A stretch of 64,000 nt of DNA from an uncultured delta proteobacterium (GCA_963706575.1 CAVPNL010000003.1:448001-512000), one strand, 5' to 3'; positions 10,349 to 20,490 are shown, counted from the first letter of the stretch. The notes: a model not told the origin generated them from the letters alone. A program made the numbers and translations.

Positions 10349-11131
10349 ATGAATCCCCAAATATCTCCCAAAGAGTTAAGACAGCTTATCCGAAATCGAG
10401 AATGGACCAGCCCCACCAGTGGTGCGGCCAAAGGCTACCTTCAGGCCAACCTGGTCATGCTGCCGCGCGAGCAAGCATTTAATTTTTTGTTGTTTTGCGT
10501 GCGCAATCCCAAACCATGCCCGATTCTGGATGTGCTGGAACCCGGCCAGACTGAGCCCACAATTGCCCCCGGTGCCGACCTGCGAACGGACCTGCCGCGT
10601 TATTGTATTTTTGAAAACGGACAACTCAAAGAAGAAGTGGAAGATGTCAACGCGATGTTCAATGATGACATGGTGAGTTTTCTTTTGGGATGCAGTTTTT
10701 CTTTTGAAAACGCCATGCTGGCAGCCGGTTTGCCGATACGAAACCTGGAGGAAAATAAAAATGTTTCGATGTATATCACCCGCATCCCCTGCCAACCGGC
10801 CGGTCCTTTTTCAACTTCACTGGTGGTAACCATGCGACCCATGACGCCGGAGCAGTCGATACGGGCCGTTCAGGTCACCACCAGATTTCACCTGACCCAC
10901 GGTGCACCGGTACACATCGGTTCACCTGAGGCCATCGGCATAAAGGATCTGAATCGCCCACAATTCGGCGACCCCGTGACCATTCGGGACGGGGAAATAC
11001 CCTTGTTTTGGGCCTGCGGTGTCACCTCTCAGCTGGCTGCCACCTCGGCCTCCCTGCCGCTGGTGATCACCCACGCGCCGGGGCACATGTTTGTTTCCGA
11101 TCTGAGAGACGAAGATTTGACCCTTCTCTGA
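10349..11131 (+). CDS. DUF1445 / D-glutamate cyclase-like putative hydro-lyase (YcsI-like)
   Basis: QANLV, RNPKPCP, DLRTDLPRY, GCSFSFE, HGAPVHIG, FWACGVT, THAPGHM. Confidence 0.9.
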   Translation: MNPQISPKELRQLIRNREWTSPTSGAAKGYLQANLVMLPREQAFNFLLFCVRNPKPCPILDVLEPGQTEPTIAPGADLRTDLPRYCIFENGQLKEEVEDVNAMFNDDMVSFLLGCSFSFENAMLAAGLPIRNLEENKNVSMYITRIPCQPAGPFSTSLVVTMRPMTPEQSIRAVQVTTRFHLTHGAPVHIGSPEAIGIKDLNRPQFGDPVTIRDGEIPLFWACGVTSQLAATSASLPLVITHAPGHMFVSDLRDEDLTLL

Positions 11132-11239
11132 AACGTCAAGCCGCTTTCTAGTATTATGTCCCACAAAAATGTTACAAAAGCCGTGTAATATATTTTAGTG
11201 CAGCTGAGTTCTTTAAACAACACAGTGTCTATGATTTCT

Positions 11240-11346
11240 GGTGTCAGTGTTCAGGCGTCAGCGTTTTGGCCACTGGCTTCTTGCTTCTGGCCAGAAAGCA
11301 GTGACCAGAAGCCAGTAGCCAGAGGTTTACTGACACCCGACACCTG
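11240..11346. repeat. Nested inverted short tandem arrays (GGTGTCAG/CTGACACC outer; CTGGCTT/AAGCCAG inner)
   Basis: ggtgtcagtgttcaggcgtcag..tggccactggcttcttgcttctgg|ccagaaagcagtgaccagaagccagtagcca..ctgacacccgacacctg. Confidence 0.72.
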
Positions 11347-11590
11347 CTGAATATCTTCAGAATCCGTCCATGTCGCCTTTCCTGATTACGCCTTGACAGG
11401 CCACCATGATTTCTATATGGTTTCTGAATCTCAGTCATAAATTAATTCTGCCGCCAAATCCGCCAAAATAGTCTTCAGTTGCTTTAATATTGGTTGCAGT
11501 GCCAGCTATTTTATAACGTTTTTGAATGATAAGCAATCCAGGTAATTGGTACTAACCTTTAGGTCTATCCCATAATAAGGAGGTATTCTC

Positions 11591-12892
11591 ATGAAATCAG
11601 CATTCAGATTTTTGAGCGTTCTATTAATCCTCGGCCTGATCGTACCTGCGGGTGCGCTGGCTGAAAAGGAAATTAAGATCGGCGCGATATATCCGCTGAC
11701 CGGGGGTGCTGCAGCAGCCGGCCGCGAGCTACGCGCCGGTGCGGAGCTGGCAGCCGAGATTGCCAACAACGTCATGACAGATATCAATATGAGCATGGCT
11801 AAAAACAGCGGCATCAAAAGCATGGGGGGTGCCAAAATTACAATCATTTTCAAAGATCATGAAGGCAATCCCACCCTTGGTGCCGACCTGGCCAAGAAAT
11901 TGATCTTAGATGACAAGGTAGACGGACTTTTAGGTTGCTACCACAGTTCGGTGACCAAAACCGTCAGTGCGGTAGCCGAACAGCATGGTGTCCCCATGAT
12001 CAATGGGACTTCCACATCACCAGCTCTGACAAAACGCGGCTTCAAATGGTTCTGGCGAACCACCCCCCATGATGTTTGGTTTACCAAGGATCTTTTCGAG
12101 TTTTTAGTTGGCCTGTCCGGAGGCAAGGTGCAAGGTGTCAAGTCATTTCCAAAAAAAGAACTGTTAAATATTGCATCAGCCTGTGAAAACAGCGAGTGGG
12201 GGTCATTTGTATCAGCGTTGATCAAAGATTTTGCGAGTGAATACAAATTTAATTTGAACAAATCTCTTCTTTATTCAGCAAAGGCACCGGATCTATCAAG
12301 CGAAGTCCGCTCCTTGAAAGCAGCCAAGCCAGATGTAATGATGTTTGCTTCCTATACCTCTGATGCCATTCTGATGGTCAAGACTTTAAAGGCCCAGAAA
12401 GTTCAACCCAAGATCATCTGGGGTCAAGACGCTGGATTTGAAAAGCCTGAATTCCGCAGCACCCTGGGTGATAGTATTGTCGGCATTCTGACACGGACCG
12501 TGTTTCTGCCCAAAGTGGTGGACATTAAACCAGTAGCCGGCCAGGTCAACACGCTTTACAGGACCAAAACCCAAAATGACCTCGGCGGTGCTTCGGCCCG
12601 GGCGTTTACCGGGCTGCAAACATGGGTGCATGTGCTTGAAAAAGCAGGTTCTACCAAGCCGGCCGATATTCAGCGCGCAGCCAATGCCATTAATATACCT
12701 GGAGCGGAATTAGTGGTGCCCTGGGCCGGTATTAAATTTTCCACTTCAGGGGACGAAATGGGCCAGAATACACTGGGCTCCGGCCTCATCGGTCAATACC
12801 AGAAAGGCTCGGATGGTCAGCTCGTGCTGGAGATCGTCTATCCATTTGATGTCGCTTCAGCCGACATGATCTATCCCTTCCCACAATTTTAG
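11591..12892 (+). CDS. Branched-chain amino acid-type ABC substrate-binding protein (LivK/LivJ family)
   Basis: Signal peptide, IKIGAIYPLTG, GCYHSSVT, FWRTTPHD; SD AAGGAGGT upstream. Confidence 0.92.
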   Translation: MKSAFRFLSVLLILGLIVPAGALAEKEIKIGAIYPLTGGAAAAGRELRAGAELAAEIANNVMTDINMSMAKNSGIKSMGGAKITIIFKDHEGNPTLGADLAKKLILDDKVDGLLGCYHSSVTKTVSAVAEQHGVPMINGTSTSPALTKRGFKWFWRTTPHDVWFTKDLFEFLVGLSGGKVQGVKSFPKKELLNIASACENSEWGSFVSALIKDFASEYKFNLNKSLLYSAKAPDLSSEVRSLKAAKPDVMMFASYTSDAILMVKTLKAQKVQPKIIWGQDAGFEKPEFRSTLGDSIVGILTRTVFLPKVVDIKPVAGQVNTLYRTKTQNDLGGASARAFTGLQTWVHVLEKAGSTKPADIQRAANAINIPGAELVVPWAGIKFSTSGDEMGQNTLGSGLIGQYQKGSDGQLVLEIVYPFDVASADMIYPFPQF

Positions 12893-12918
12893 GCCGAAAC
12901 CAAGGCCGACATCTGACC

Positions 12919-12953
12919 TCCCGTCCCTTTATTTTCCCAATAAAGGGACGGGA
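12919..12953 (+). terminator. Strong intercistronic hairpin after the SBP gene (stabiliser or partial terminator)
   Basis: tcccgtccctttatt-N5-aataaagggacggga perfect stem; no U-tract. Confidence 0.55.
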
Positions 12954-12992
12954 CAGGATGCGTATAATCTTTCAGAAATATTTTAAATTACA

Positions 12993-13907
12993 ATGGATAT
13001 TCTTCTAAGTTCAATAGTTGCTGGTCTTCTGTTTGGTATGGTTCTTGCCATAGTAGCGTTGGGCCTGACGATCATTTTCGGTGTGATGGATATTGTCAAC
13101 TTTGCCCACGGCGAATTTTTAATGATCGGCATGTATACCGGCCTGTTGACGGCTCAAGCTACCGGTTTGGAACCGCTGCTTACCTTACCGGTGGCGGCTG
13201 CTGTTGGCTTTCTGCTGGGCGTTCTTTGTTATTTTGGTTTTATTAAATTTCTGTTAAGAGGCCCCATGATCGCCCAGCTGCTCGGCACCTTTGGCCTGAT
13301 GCTGTTTTTGCGGAATCTGGCCCTGCTGATCTTTGGATCCGAAGACCGTGCGCTTCATCACGGGGTGCTGGTGGGAAAAAGCTTTGATATCGGAATGGGG
13401 ATTATTCTTCCGGCCACCAAATTGGCTGCGGCCGGGTTGTCCGTGGTCGCCTTTTGGGGGGTCTGGATTCTTATGAACCGGACTAAAATCGGCAATGCAT
13501 TGAGAGCCACCGCTTTGAATGCTCAGGGCGCACGTTACATGGGGATTCCCACCGAACGCATGAACGCGTTGGCCTGGGGTATTGGCGGGGGGACGGTAAC
13601 CGTTGCCGGGGCACTGATTGTCAACTTCTGGTCGGTCAACCCCTTTATGGGATTGTTGTTCACCATGATCGCCTTCGCCATTGTGGCGCTGGGTGGTTTC
13701 GGCAGTGTGCCCGGTGCATTTTTTGCCGGGCTGGTGGTCGGAATGATAACTGAAATTCCAGGCTTCTGGGACTTTATGACGTACACATTCAATCTGGACT
13801 GGATGGCAAATGTTCCCATGACCTCGTTTAAATACATGTGGGTGTATCTGGCCTATTTCTTGATCATGGTGGTTCGTCCCAGGGGGTTGTTTGGATGGAA
13901 ACAATAA
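12993..13907 (+). CDS. Branched-chain amino acid ABC permease (LivH-like)
   Basis: ALGLTIIFGVMDIVNFAHGEF; LGGFGSVPGA; RPRGLFG. Confidence 0.93.
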   Translation: MDILLSSIVAGLLFGMVLAIVALGLTIIFGVMDIVNFAHGEFLMIGMYTGLLTAQATGLEPLLTLPVAAAVGFLLGVLCYFGFIKFLLRGPMIAQLLGTFGLMLFLRNLALLIFGSEDRALHHGVLVGKSFDIGMGIILPATKLAAAGLSVVAFWGVWILMNRTKIGNALRATALNAQGARYMGIPTERMNALAWGIGGGTVTVAGALIVNFWSVNPFMGLLFTMIAFAIVALGGFGSVPGAFFAGLVVGMITEIPGFWDFMTYTFNLDWMANVPMTSFKYMWVYLAYFLIMVVRPRGLFGWKQ

Positions 13908-14902
13908 AAAACGCCTTGGATTTTTCGGATTTTCCCCGTATCGATCTAATTATTGCCACAACGGTCTTGATTTTCTTGTTAACCTTCCCGCTGTTATCTC
14001 ATTCTGCATATGCTACAGCAACCGCAATCCAGTTTTTTATGTTCTCCCTGTATGGGATGGGTTGGAACACCATCGGAGGGTACGGGGGCCAGGTGGATCT
14101 GGGTAAAGCTCAGTATGTCGGGATCGGGGCTTATACAACGGCTGTGATGCTGATCCGCTGGGACATTCCTTTCTGGATATCCATGCCCATCGGAATGTGC
14201 CTGGCAGTGGGCTGGTCCTTTATCATCGGTTATCCCCTCTTTCGCTTAAAAGGTCATTATTTTGCCATTGCCACCATCGCCACCTCCCTGGTACTCAAGG
14301 CGCTCTTCGAAGTCTGGGCTTTTGTAGGCGCAGCAAGAGGGCTGGAGATATCCCCAATCAAATACACCCCTCCTGATTTTCTGCGACTTATTTTCAAAGA
14401 CGATATTTATTACTACTATGTTATTCTAGGATTTTTCATTTTAGGAATTTTCTACATGAACTGGTTCCGCAAATCCCGTCTGGGATTTCAGCTGCGTTGC
14501 ATCAAGGATAACGAGGATGTAGCCCGATCGCTAGGTATAAACGTGCGCTGGGCCAAGGTCAAAACCTACGCGATTGCCACGGCCTTTGTCAGCCTCGTTG
14601 GATCCTTCCACGCGTGTTATATTAAGGCCATTGAGCCTGAAGACACTATGAGTTTGGACATTTCAATCCTGATAGCCCTGATGGCCATGCTCGGTGGGGC
14701 CGGTTCATTGTGGGGACCGATTATCGGTGCCGGTATTTTAATACCGCTTAAAAGTTATCTCAAGGAGTGGCTGGGTGCTACAGCCGGTCTGGTGGGAATC
14801 GACCTAATCATTTATGCATTGATTATCATGCTCGTGTCAGCGTTCGAACCCCGAGGAATATGGGGCATCATTGACAAGGTCCGGCGGAGGAAACGCAAGT
14901 AA
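13895..14902 (+). CDS. Branched-chain amino acid ABC permease (LivM-like); start re-called at ATG 13895
   Basis: WNTIGGYGGQ, RLKGHYFAIAT, LGGAGSLWGP; overlaps the livH stop. Confidence 0.92.
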   Translation: METIKNALDFSDFPRIDLIIATTVLIFLLTFPLLSHSAYATATAIQFFMFSLYGMGWNTIGGYGGQVDLGKAQYVGIGAYTTAVMLIRWDIPFWISMPIGMCLAVGWSFIIGYPLFRLKGHYFAIATIATSLVLKALFEVWAFVGAARGLEISPIKYTPPDFLRLIFKDDIYYYYVILGFFILGIFYMNWFRKSRLGFQLRCIKDNEDVARSLGINVRWAKVKTYAIATAFVSLVGSFHACYIKAIEPEDTMSLDISILIALMAMLGGAGSLWGPIIGAGILIPLKSYLKEWLGATAGLVGIDLIIYALIIMLVSAFEPRGIWGIIDKVRRRKRK

Positions 14903-15648
14903 TGGCACTACTCGAAGTAAACAATGTAACCAAAGATTTTGGCGGATTAAGGGCCAACGACGATATTTCCTTCTGCTTTGATAAGGGAGAATTGCTTGGA
15001 TTGATCGGCCCCAATGGGGCCGGTAAAACCACGCTGTTTAACTGCATATCGGGATTGTATCCGACAACCTCTGGGGAAATAATCTTTGATGGTGAGGACA
15101 TTACCGAATTAAAGGCCCATGAAGTTGCCAGACACGGCCTTGCCCGCACATTTCAGGTATACGTAGCGGCAGGGGATCTGACGGTGGAAGAAAATGTCAT
15201 GGTGGGTTGTTTTATGCGCACCCGGTCCCGATCCGAAGCCAAATCCCGTGCGGCTAAAATTTTAGAGTTTATGAAGCTGCGAGATCTGACCGACTATCTG
15301 GTCAGTGAACTTCCGGTGGCTGCCCAGAAGCGGGTCACCATGGCGACCGCACTGGGTTCGCGCCCCAAACTGTTGTTGCTCGATGAAGTTGCCGCCGGTT
15401 TGAATCCCAGTGAAATCGAGGATATTATGGCCAGCATCAGAAGTGTCCACGAAGAAATGGGCGTCACGGTGATGCTGATTGAACATGTCATGGAACTGGT
15501 GATGAAAATCAGTGACCGCGTTATTGTACTAGATTATGGTGAAAAAATCGCAGACGGCAACCCGGCCGAAGTCGCCAAGGACCCGAAGGTGATCAAGGCC
15601 TATCTGGGAGAACGCTATGTCAAAGCGCATGCACAGGAGTTGAGTTGA
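14902..15648 (+). CDS. Branched-chain amino acid ABC ATP-binding protein (LivG-like)
   Basis: GPNGAGKTT, ARTFQ, LLLDEVAAG, VIKAYLG. Confidence 0.94.
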   Translation: MALLEVNNVTKDFGGLRANDDISFCFDKGELLGLIGPNGAGKTTLFNCISGLYPTTSGEIIFDGEDITELKAHEVARHGLARTFQVYVAAGDLTVEENVMVGCFMRTRSRSEAKSRAAKILEFMKLRDLTDYLVSELPVAAQKRVTMATALGSRPKLLLLDEVAAGLNPSEIEDIMASIRSVHEEMGVTVMLIEHVMELVMKISDRVIVLDYGEKIADGNPAEVAKDPKVIKAYLGERYVKAHAQELS

Positions 15649-15651
15649 GAT

Positions 15652-16368
15652 ATGAGCCAAACGATTCTCGAAATCGATAATATAAAGGTCCGCTATTCCG
15701 GTCTGCCGGTGCTGCAGGGTATTTCCTTGAAGGTAGATGCCGGAGAAACCGTATGCGTGCTGGGCTCCAACGGTGCCGGCAAATCGACCCTTATCCGGGC
15801 GATAATGGGCACCCAGCCCGCCTTTGAGGGTCGTATTCTTTTCAATGGGCGGCAAATCCAAAAGCTGAGAACCGAAGAAATTGTGCGTATGGGAATTGTC
15901 TGTGTGCCTGAAGAAAAAATGCTTTTCAGCCCGCTATCGGTAGAGGAGAACCTTTATCTGGGCGCGTACGTGCTCAATGACCCGCAACAAATACAACAAA
16001 ATCTAGCGTTCGTTTATGAACTCTTTCCAGCTCTCGAGCAGCGCCGCAAACAACCGGCATCCACTCTGTCCGGCGGCGAGCAGCAAATGGTGGCCATCGG
16101 CCGCGGCCTGATGTCCAGACCCCACATTCTGATGCTGGACGAACCCTCCCTGGGTCTGGCACCGCTTCTGGTAGATGAAGTTCTGGATACCGTCCGGAAG
16201 CTTAAAGAAGAAGGCCTTACCGTCCTGCTGGTCGAACAAAACGTTCGTGAGGCCCTGGATCTTGCCGATCGCGGGTATGTCCTTCAGACGGGTCGAATTG
16301 TCGGTGAGGGCTCCGGAAAGGAGCTTTTAGAAAGTGATATGTTCAGGGAAGCTTTCTTAGGAATTTAA
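15652..16368 (+). CDS. Branched-chain amino acid ABC ATP-binding protein (LivF-like)
   Basis: GSNGAGKST, LSGGEQQM, LDEPSLGLAP, LVEQN. Confidence 0.94.
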   Translation: MSQTILEIDNIKVRYSGLPVLQGISLKVDAGETVCVLGSNGAGKSTLIRAIMGTQPAFEGRILFNGRQIQKLRTEEIVRMGIVCVPEEKMLFSPLSVEENLYLGAYVLNDPQQIQQNLAFVYELFPALEQRRKQPASTLSGGEQQMVAIGRGLMSRPHILMLDEPSLGLAPLLVDEVLDTVRKLKEEGLTVLLVEQNVREALDLADRGYVLQTGRIVGEGSGKELLESDMFREAFLGI

Positions 16369-17319
16369 CATCGTGCTAATGTGATTCACCTTGCGCCCTG
16401 TTTTATCTATCGCGCGATACGCCTCTTCCAGAGATACAGCTGCAAATTGGATATCATCTCCGGGCTTAATTTGTCCCAGCAAATGCAGATCGGCGCTTAT
16501 GATCGTTGCAATTTTGCGATATCCGCCGCTAACGGTTTCCCCCAGAATAATAATCGGTTTACCGTCACCCGGCACCTGAATTGATCCTGAAATCAAACCT
16601 TCGGATATGATGGATTCAGCGGTGTCAGCTTTTCTCTGAATTTCGGCCCCCTCCAGGCGGATCCCGCTACGATCGGACTGGGATGAAACCTTGTAAAGGG
16701 TCTGCGTTAAAGTCTGCTTGCCTTTGTTTGTAAAATCATTATCCTGCGGTCCCCATACAACCCGCAGTGTCCATGCGCTCGGATATTTCGGAATCCATTT
16801 AGATTTAAGCGAGCGTCCGGCCATCAACAGTTTCGCCTGGGGGGAATCGATGAATAAATAATCTCCCTTTCGCAGAGAGCGCCCCTCGATGCCGCCAAAG
16901 CCGGCGAAAAGGTTGGTTGACTGGCTGCCAAGTACGAACGGCGTCAATATACCGCCGCCAACAGCAATGTATGCGCGGCAACCGCTGCGGGGACCGATAA
17001 ATGATAGGATATCCCCCTCTTTGACAACATGGGAACACCACATTTCCAAGGGTTGCTTGTTGACCTGCAATTGCAAATCAGCACCGGTGACGGCAACACA
17101 AACATCGGTTAGCGCCCTTAATTGCAGCCCCATTAAGGTGGTCTCCAAACACGCAAAACTTTCTGAATTATCAACCAGCCGGTTGGCTATGCGCAATGAA
17201 AAAAAATCCAATGCGCCGCTGGCGGGCACACCATAATGGCCATATCCAAATCTGCCGAGGTCCTGGATGGTGGTCTGGAGTCCGGGAGATAGGACTTCAA
17301 TGCTTCTTACGGCAGCCAT
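16357..17319 (-). CDS. pxpC: 5-oxoprolinase subunit C (KipA / allophanate hydrolase 2 family)
   Basis: TTIQDLGRFG, GALD, GCRAYIAV, SDRSGIRL, GSIQVPGDG, GGYRKIATI. Confidence 0.9.
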   Translation of the reverse strand: MAAVRSIEVLSPGLQTTIQDLGRFGYGHYGVPASGALDFFSLRIANRLVDNSESFACLETTLMGLQLRALTDVCVAVTGADLQLQVNKQPLEMWCSHVVKEGDILSFIGPRSGCRAYIAVGGGILTPFVLGSQSTNLFAGFGGIEGRSLRKGDYLFIDSPQAKLLMAGRSLKSKWIPKYPSAWTLRVVWGPQDNDFTNKGKQTLTQTLYKVSSQSDRSGIRLEGAEIQRKADTAESIISEGLISGSIQVPGDGKPIIILGETVSGGYRKIATIISADLHLLGQIKPGDDIQFAAVSLEEAYRAIDKTGRKVNHISTMLNS

Positions 17320-17321
17320 CT

Positions 17322-17993
17322 TCAGATCTCCTTGGCCGTTATGGTATAAAATTTAACCTGATCTCCCATCGCTAAAAAAGAAGGCGGGGTTTTTTGAGGA
17401 TCAAATAATCGAATCGGCGTTCTGCCGATGATTTGCCAGCCCCCCGGGCTTGTCACCGGATAAATTCCGGTTTGTTTTTGGGCGATTCCAACCGAGCCCT
17501 GCATAACATGAGTTCGCGGCGTTTCTCGACGTGGTGTCACCAGTGAATCCACCACTTCTCCCATATACGGATATCCCGGCATGAAACCGATCATATACAC
17601 CTGATAGGTCGGTTGGATGTGCAGACGAATAACCTCTTCGGGCGTCATCTTCAGGTAACTGGCAACCCACTCCAGATCCGGCCCGAATTCATCGCCATAA
17701 ACGACCGGAATTTCTACGATGCGGGGGCTGGGCAGGTGGGCGTCATCCACCGTATCCCAGATGCCCATAATCTGAGATTTCAAAGAACTCAACGAACTGA
17801 TAAGCGGATCATAAACCACCATCAGCGATCGATATCCGGGAACCAGCTCCTTTATTCCTTTAAGGTTGCGGCCTTCTATCCCGATAAAAAGTGCGCGTAC
17901 TTTTTGGTTAATCTGCCGACTGATCCCATCGCCCAGTTCAACAAGAAGGCCGCGGTCTCCCATAATTCGAAATCTGGGTTTGCTGTATAGCAT
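17322..17993 (-). CDS. pxpB: 5-oxoprolinase subunit B (KipI family); start re-called at 17993
   Basis: IPVVYG..GPDL, YMIGFMPGYPY, GSVGIA, TSPGGWQIIGRT. Confidence 0.92.
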   Translation of the reverse strand: MLYSKPRFRIMGDRGLLVELGDGISRQINQKVRALFIGIEGRNLKGIKELVPGYRSLMVVYDPLISSLSSLKSQIMGIWDTVDDAHLPSPRIVEIPVVYGDEFGPDLEWVASYLKMTPEEVIRLHIQPTYQVYMIGFMPGYPYMGEVVDSLVTPRRETPRTHVMQGSVGIAQKQTGIYPVTSPGGWQIIGRTPIRLFDPQKTPPSFLAMGDQVKFYTITAKEI

Positions 17994-18000
17994 AATGGTT

Positions 18001-18783
18001 TCACAGAAATGTTGCCGGTGGTGTAATCTCCACGCTTGCTTCCTCCAGAGATTTACGGATGTTTCTAACCAGTTCCAGAGCTGCCGGGTTGTCCCCATGC
18101 ACGCAAATAGTCTCAGCCGAGAGTTCAATCTCCGTTCCGTCGATGCAAACGACTTTGCCCTCTTTGACCAATTTTAGAACCTTTTCTGCGACCTGTTTAT
18201 GATCGTGAATCACCGCACCCGGCAATTTCCGGGAAACCAATGACCCATCGGGGTTGTAAGCGCGATCACCAAAAAATTCAAAGGCAATGCGAATTCCGTG
18301 TTTAGCGCCAATCGCCTTCAGATCTTCCCGCCATGGACCGGCCAGTACGAACAGTATCAGTTCCGGGTCAACTGCTGCTATGACTTCAGCAACGGCATCC
18401 CAGATTTCCATGTTTTTGACCGCCATCGTGTACAGGGCCCCATGCGGCTTTACATGTTGCAGCTCCATCCCCTGAACGGTTGCAAATGCCTTCAGGGCAC
18501 CGATCTGATAGGTGACATAATCTTTGATCTCATCCAGGGAGGCATCGATATTTCGACGCCCGAAAGCGATCAAATCCGGAAACCCCGGATGGGCGCCCGC
18601 TGCCACGCCATGTTCTTTCGCAATCGCAATGGTGTGCCGCATGACGTGGGGATCGCTGGCATGAAAGCCGCAGGCAATATTGGCTGAGCTGATCAAGGGA
18701 ATAACATCTTCATCCATCCCCAGCTTATAATTCCCGAAACTCTCCCCCACATCTGAATTCATATCAATTTTGTTAACCGGCAT
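18001..18783 (-). CDS. pxpA: 5-oxoprolinase subunit A (LamB/YcsF family); start re-called at 18783
   Basis: IDMNSDVGESFG, SANIACGFHA, HVKPHGALY, TICVHGD; SD GGAGGT before ATG 18783. Confidence 0.94.
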   Translation of the reverse strand: MPVNKIDMNSDVGESFGNYKLGMDEDVIPLISSANIACGFHASDPHVMRHTIAIAKEHGVAAGAHPGFPDLIAFGRRNIDASLDEIKDYVTYQIGALKAFATVQGMELQHVKPHGALYTMAVKNMEIWDAVAEVIAAVDPELILFVLAGPWREDLKAIGAKHGIRIAFEFFGDRAYNPDGSLVSRKLPGAVIHDHKQVAEKVLKLVKEGKVVCIDGTEIELSAETICVHGDNPAALELVRNIRKSLEEASVEITPPATFL

Positions 18784-18985
18784 CGTCGCTACCTCCCGTG
18801 CGTCCAAATTTTAAGTGAGTCGAAACAACCGTTAAGCATCCTAGCATATGCCATAAATCAATGGGTATTACAAAGTAAAAAAATATGAACAATTGACATC
18901 GTACACCTGATTTGATTTGAATATATTTCTTCAATCGCTGGAAAATCGATGAGCACCTAACACCGATAAAGGTAAAGGTTTTAGA

Positions 18986-20278
18986 TTGAATCCTGCTTCG
19001 GAAAATTCAGCAACAGATCCCCATCGCTGGGTCGTCTTCGGCGCCTTGGCCGCGGTCTATTTTTTTGTTCTTTTTCACCGCGTTTCAACATCGGTGGTTG
19101 CCCCGGATCTCATCGTTTCTTTTCAAACCAATGCAACCGCTCTGGGGCTCATGTCGTCCATGTATTTTTATGCATATGCTCTGGAGCAACCGCTGGTCGG
19201 ATATCTGGCTGATCGCCTGGGGCCCAGACGGGTTGTCGGGCTTTGGTCTTTAGTCGCAGTGCTGGGATGTGTCCTTTTTGGCTTGGCCCCATCCATCACC
19301 TGGGCTGCAATCGGCCGCGGATTCATTGGTTTCGGCGTTGGCGGTGTCTATGTGCCGGCCTTAAAAGCATTTTCTCAATGGTTCCGCCAAAAAGAATTTA
19401 CCACCATGACCGGGTTGCTAATGGCAATCGGCAATACGGGTGCCATCGTGGCAACCACACCTTTGGCTTTGTCTTCAAAGGCATTTGGCTGGCGAATGAG
19501 TTTTTTTTTGATTGCCGCAATCACGCTCTCACTGGCGCTTGTTGTTTTGTTATTCACCCGGGATTATGATTCGGCCGTTGGCAATGAGAAAAACCATGCC
19601 GGCCAGCCGTATGGGAAGTCCGCCATGTCCCGCAAGCAGATCCGATTCATCTTAACTTCGATTAAATTTTGGGTACTGTTCGTTGTTTTTTTCGGCATCT
19701 ACGGGATCTTTGTAACCCTTCAGGGCCTGTGGGCGACGCCTTACCTGATGTCGGTGCTGCATGCAGATCGCCTGCAGGCGAGTCAGTTGAATATGGTGCT
19801 GCCGGTCGGCTTTATAATGGGTGCCCCGCTTTATGGATGGATTGCCGATCGGTTTCACACCAAAAAACGGCAACTTTTCATCGGGCTGCTGACAGCTATT
19901 GCATTCCTCTGGCTGATACTTTCCCTGCGGGCTCAAACCCTAAGCGTAAAGGAACTGGTGGTTTTGTTTTTCTTGATGGGCGCCATGACCGGCGGCTGGC
20001 TTTCTGTTTTGTGGGCATTGGTCAGAGAGAGTACTTCGGCGGACACCATGGGTTTTATCTCGGGGGTGATGAATCCTGCCCCATTTTTCGGGATTGCGGT
20101 CTTCCAGGTCCTGACGGGCGCCGTTTTAGATCATGTGGGGTCCATCAATGGCGCTTATCCGCCCGAGGCTTTCCAGATGGCATTCTGGGTGTGTACCTTG
20201 ACGGCCGCAGGTTGCCTGTTGTTGAGCTTTATTATCATAATTCAGCGGGCCTCAAATCCAACTCCTGGGATTAATTAA
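18986..20278 (+). CDS. MFS transporter
   Basis: About 12 hydrophobic segments; GYLADRLGPRR motif A; GWIADRF repeat. Confidence 0.9.
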   Translation: MNPASENSATDPHRWVVFGALAAVYFFVLFHRVSTSVVAPDLIVSFQTNATALGLMSSMYFYAYALEQPLVGYLADRLGPRRVVGLWSLVAVLGCVLFGLAPSITWAAIGRGFIGFGVGGVYVPALKAFSQWFRQKEFTTMTGLLMAIGNTGAIVATTPLALSSKAFGWRMSFFLIAAITLSLALVVLLFTRDYDSAVGNEKNHAGQPYGKSAMSRKQIRFILTSIKFWVLFVVFFGIYGIFVTLQGLWATPYLMSVLHADRLQASQLNMVLPVGFIMGAPLYGWIADRFHTKKRQLFIGLLTAIAFLWLILSLRAQTLSVKELVVLFFLMGAMTGGWLSVLWALVRESTSADTMGFISGVMNPAPFFGIAVFQVLTGAVLDHVGSINGAYPPEAFQMAFWVCTLTAAGCLLLSFIIIIQRASNPTPGIN

Positions 20279-20284
20279 AACCAG

Positions 20285-20456
20285 GAGCCCAATAGATTCG
20301 CTGTGAGCTTCCTCAAAATGCTCACCCCGCCTACTGAAAGACTGCGTTTTTCACATATCGCGACAGGATGTCGCTCCCACTGTTGACAACTCGTTGCGGG
20401 ATCCCGCTCAACTGGAAAATAATAAGCGCTATCTACAATTTTAGAAATGGCTTCTA
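20285..20456. mobile_element. Degenerate family B-like MITE remnant with REP-like insert (20358-20380)
   Basis: cctcaaaatgctcac..ctgcgtttt resembles the reverse of the 53407 copy core; ends ttttagaaatggcttcta; contains TCGCGACAGGATGTCGCTCCCAC. Left end is not well defined. Confidence 0.45.
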
Positions 20457-20458
20457 AC

Positions 20459-20490
20459 AAAAAAGGGAGCCGGCTGCTGCCTGCTCCCTC
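20459..20490 (-). terminator. Rho-independent terminator of rplM-rpsI
   Basis: Minus strand GAGGGAGCAGGC-AGCA-GCCGGCTCCC-TTTTT. Confidence 0.7.

Noticed and set aside
13254..13904. Long alternative ORFs (e.g. 216 aa here, 210 aa at 34540-35172, 201 aa at 19669-20274, 207 aa at 60907-61530)
   Set aside because: They lie within well-supported genes, antisense or in another frame, and show no recognisable motifs.
17994..18128. N-terminal extension of PxpB in the ORF track
   Set aside because: It overlaps pxpA in another frame; family similarity starts at MLYSKP (17993).
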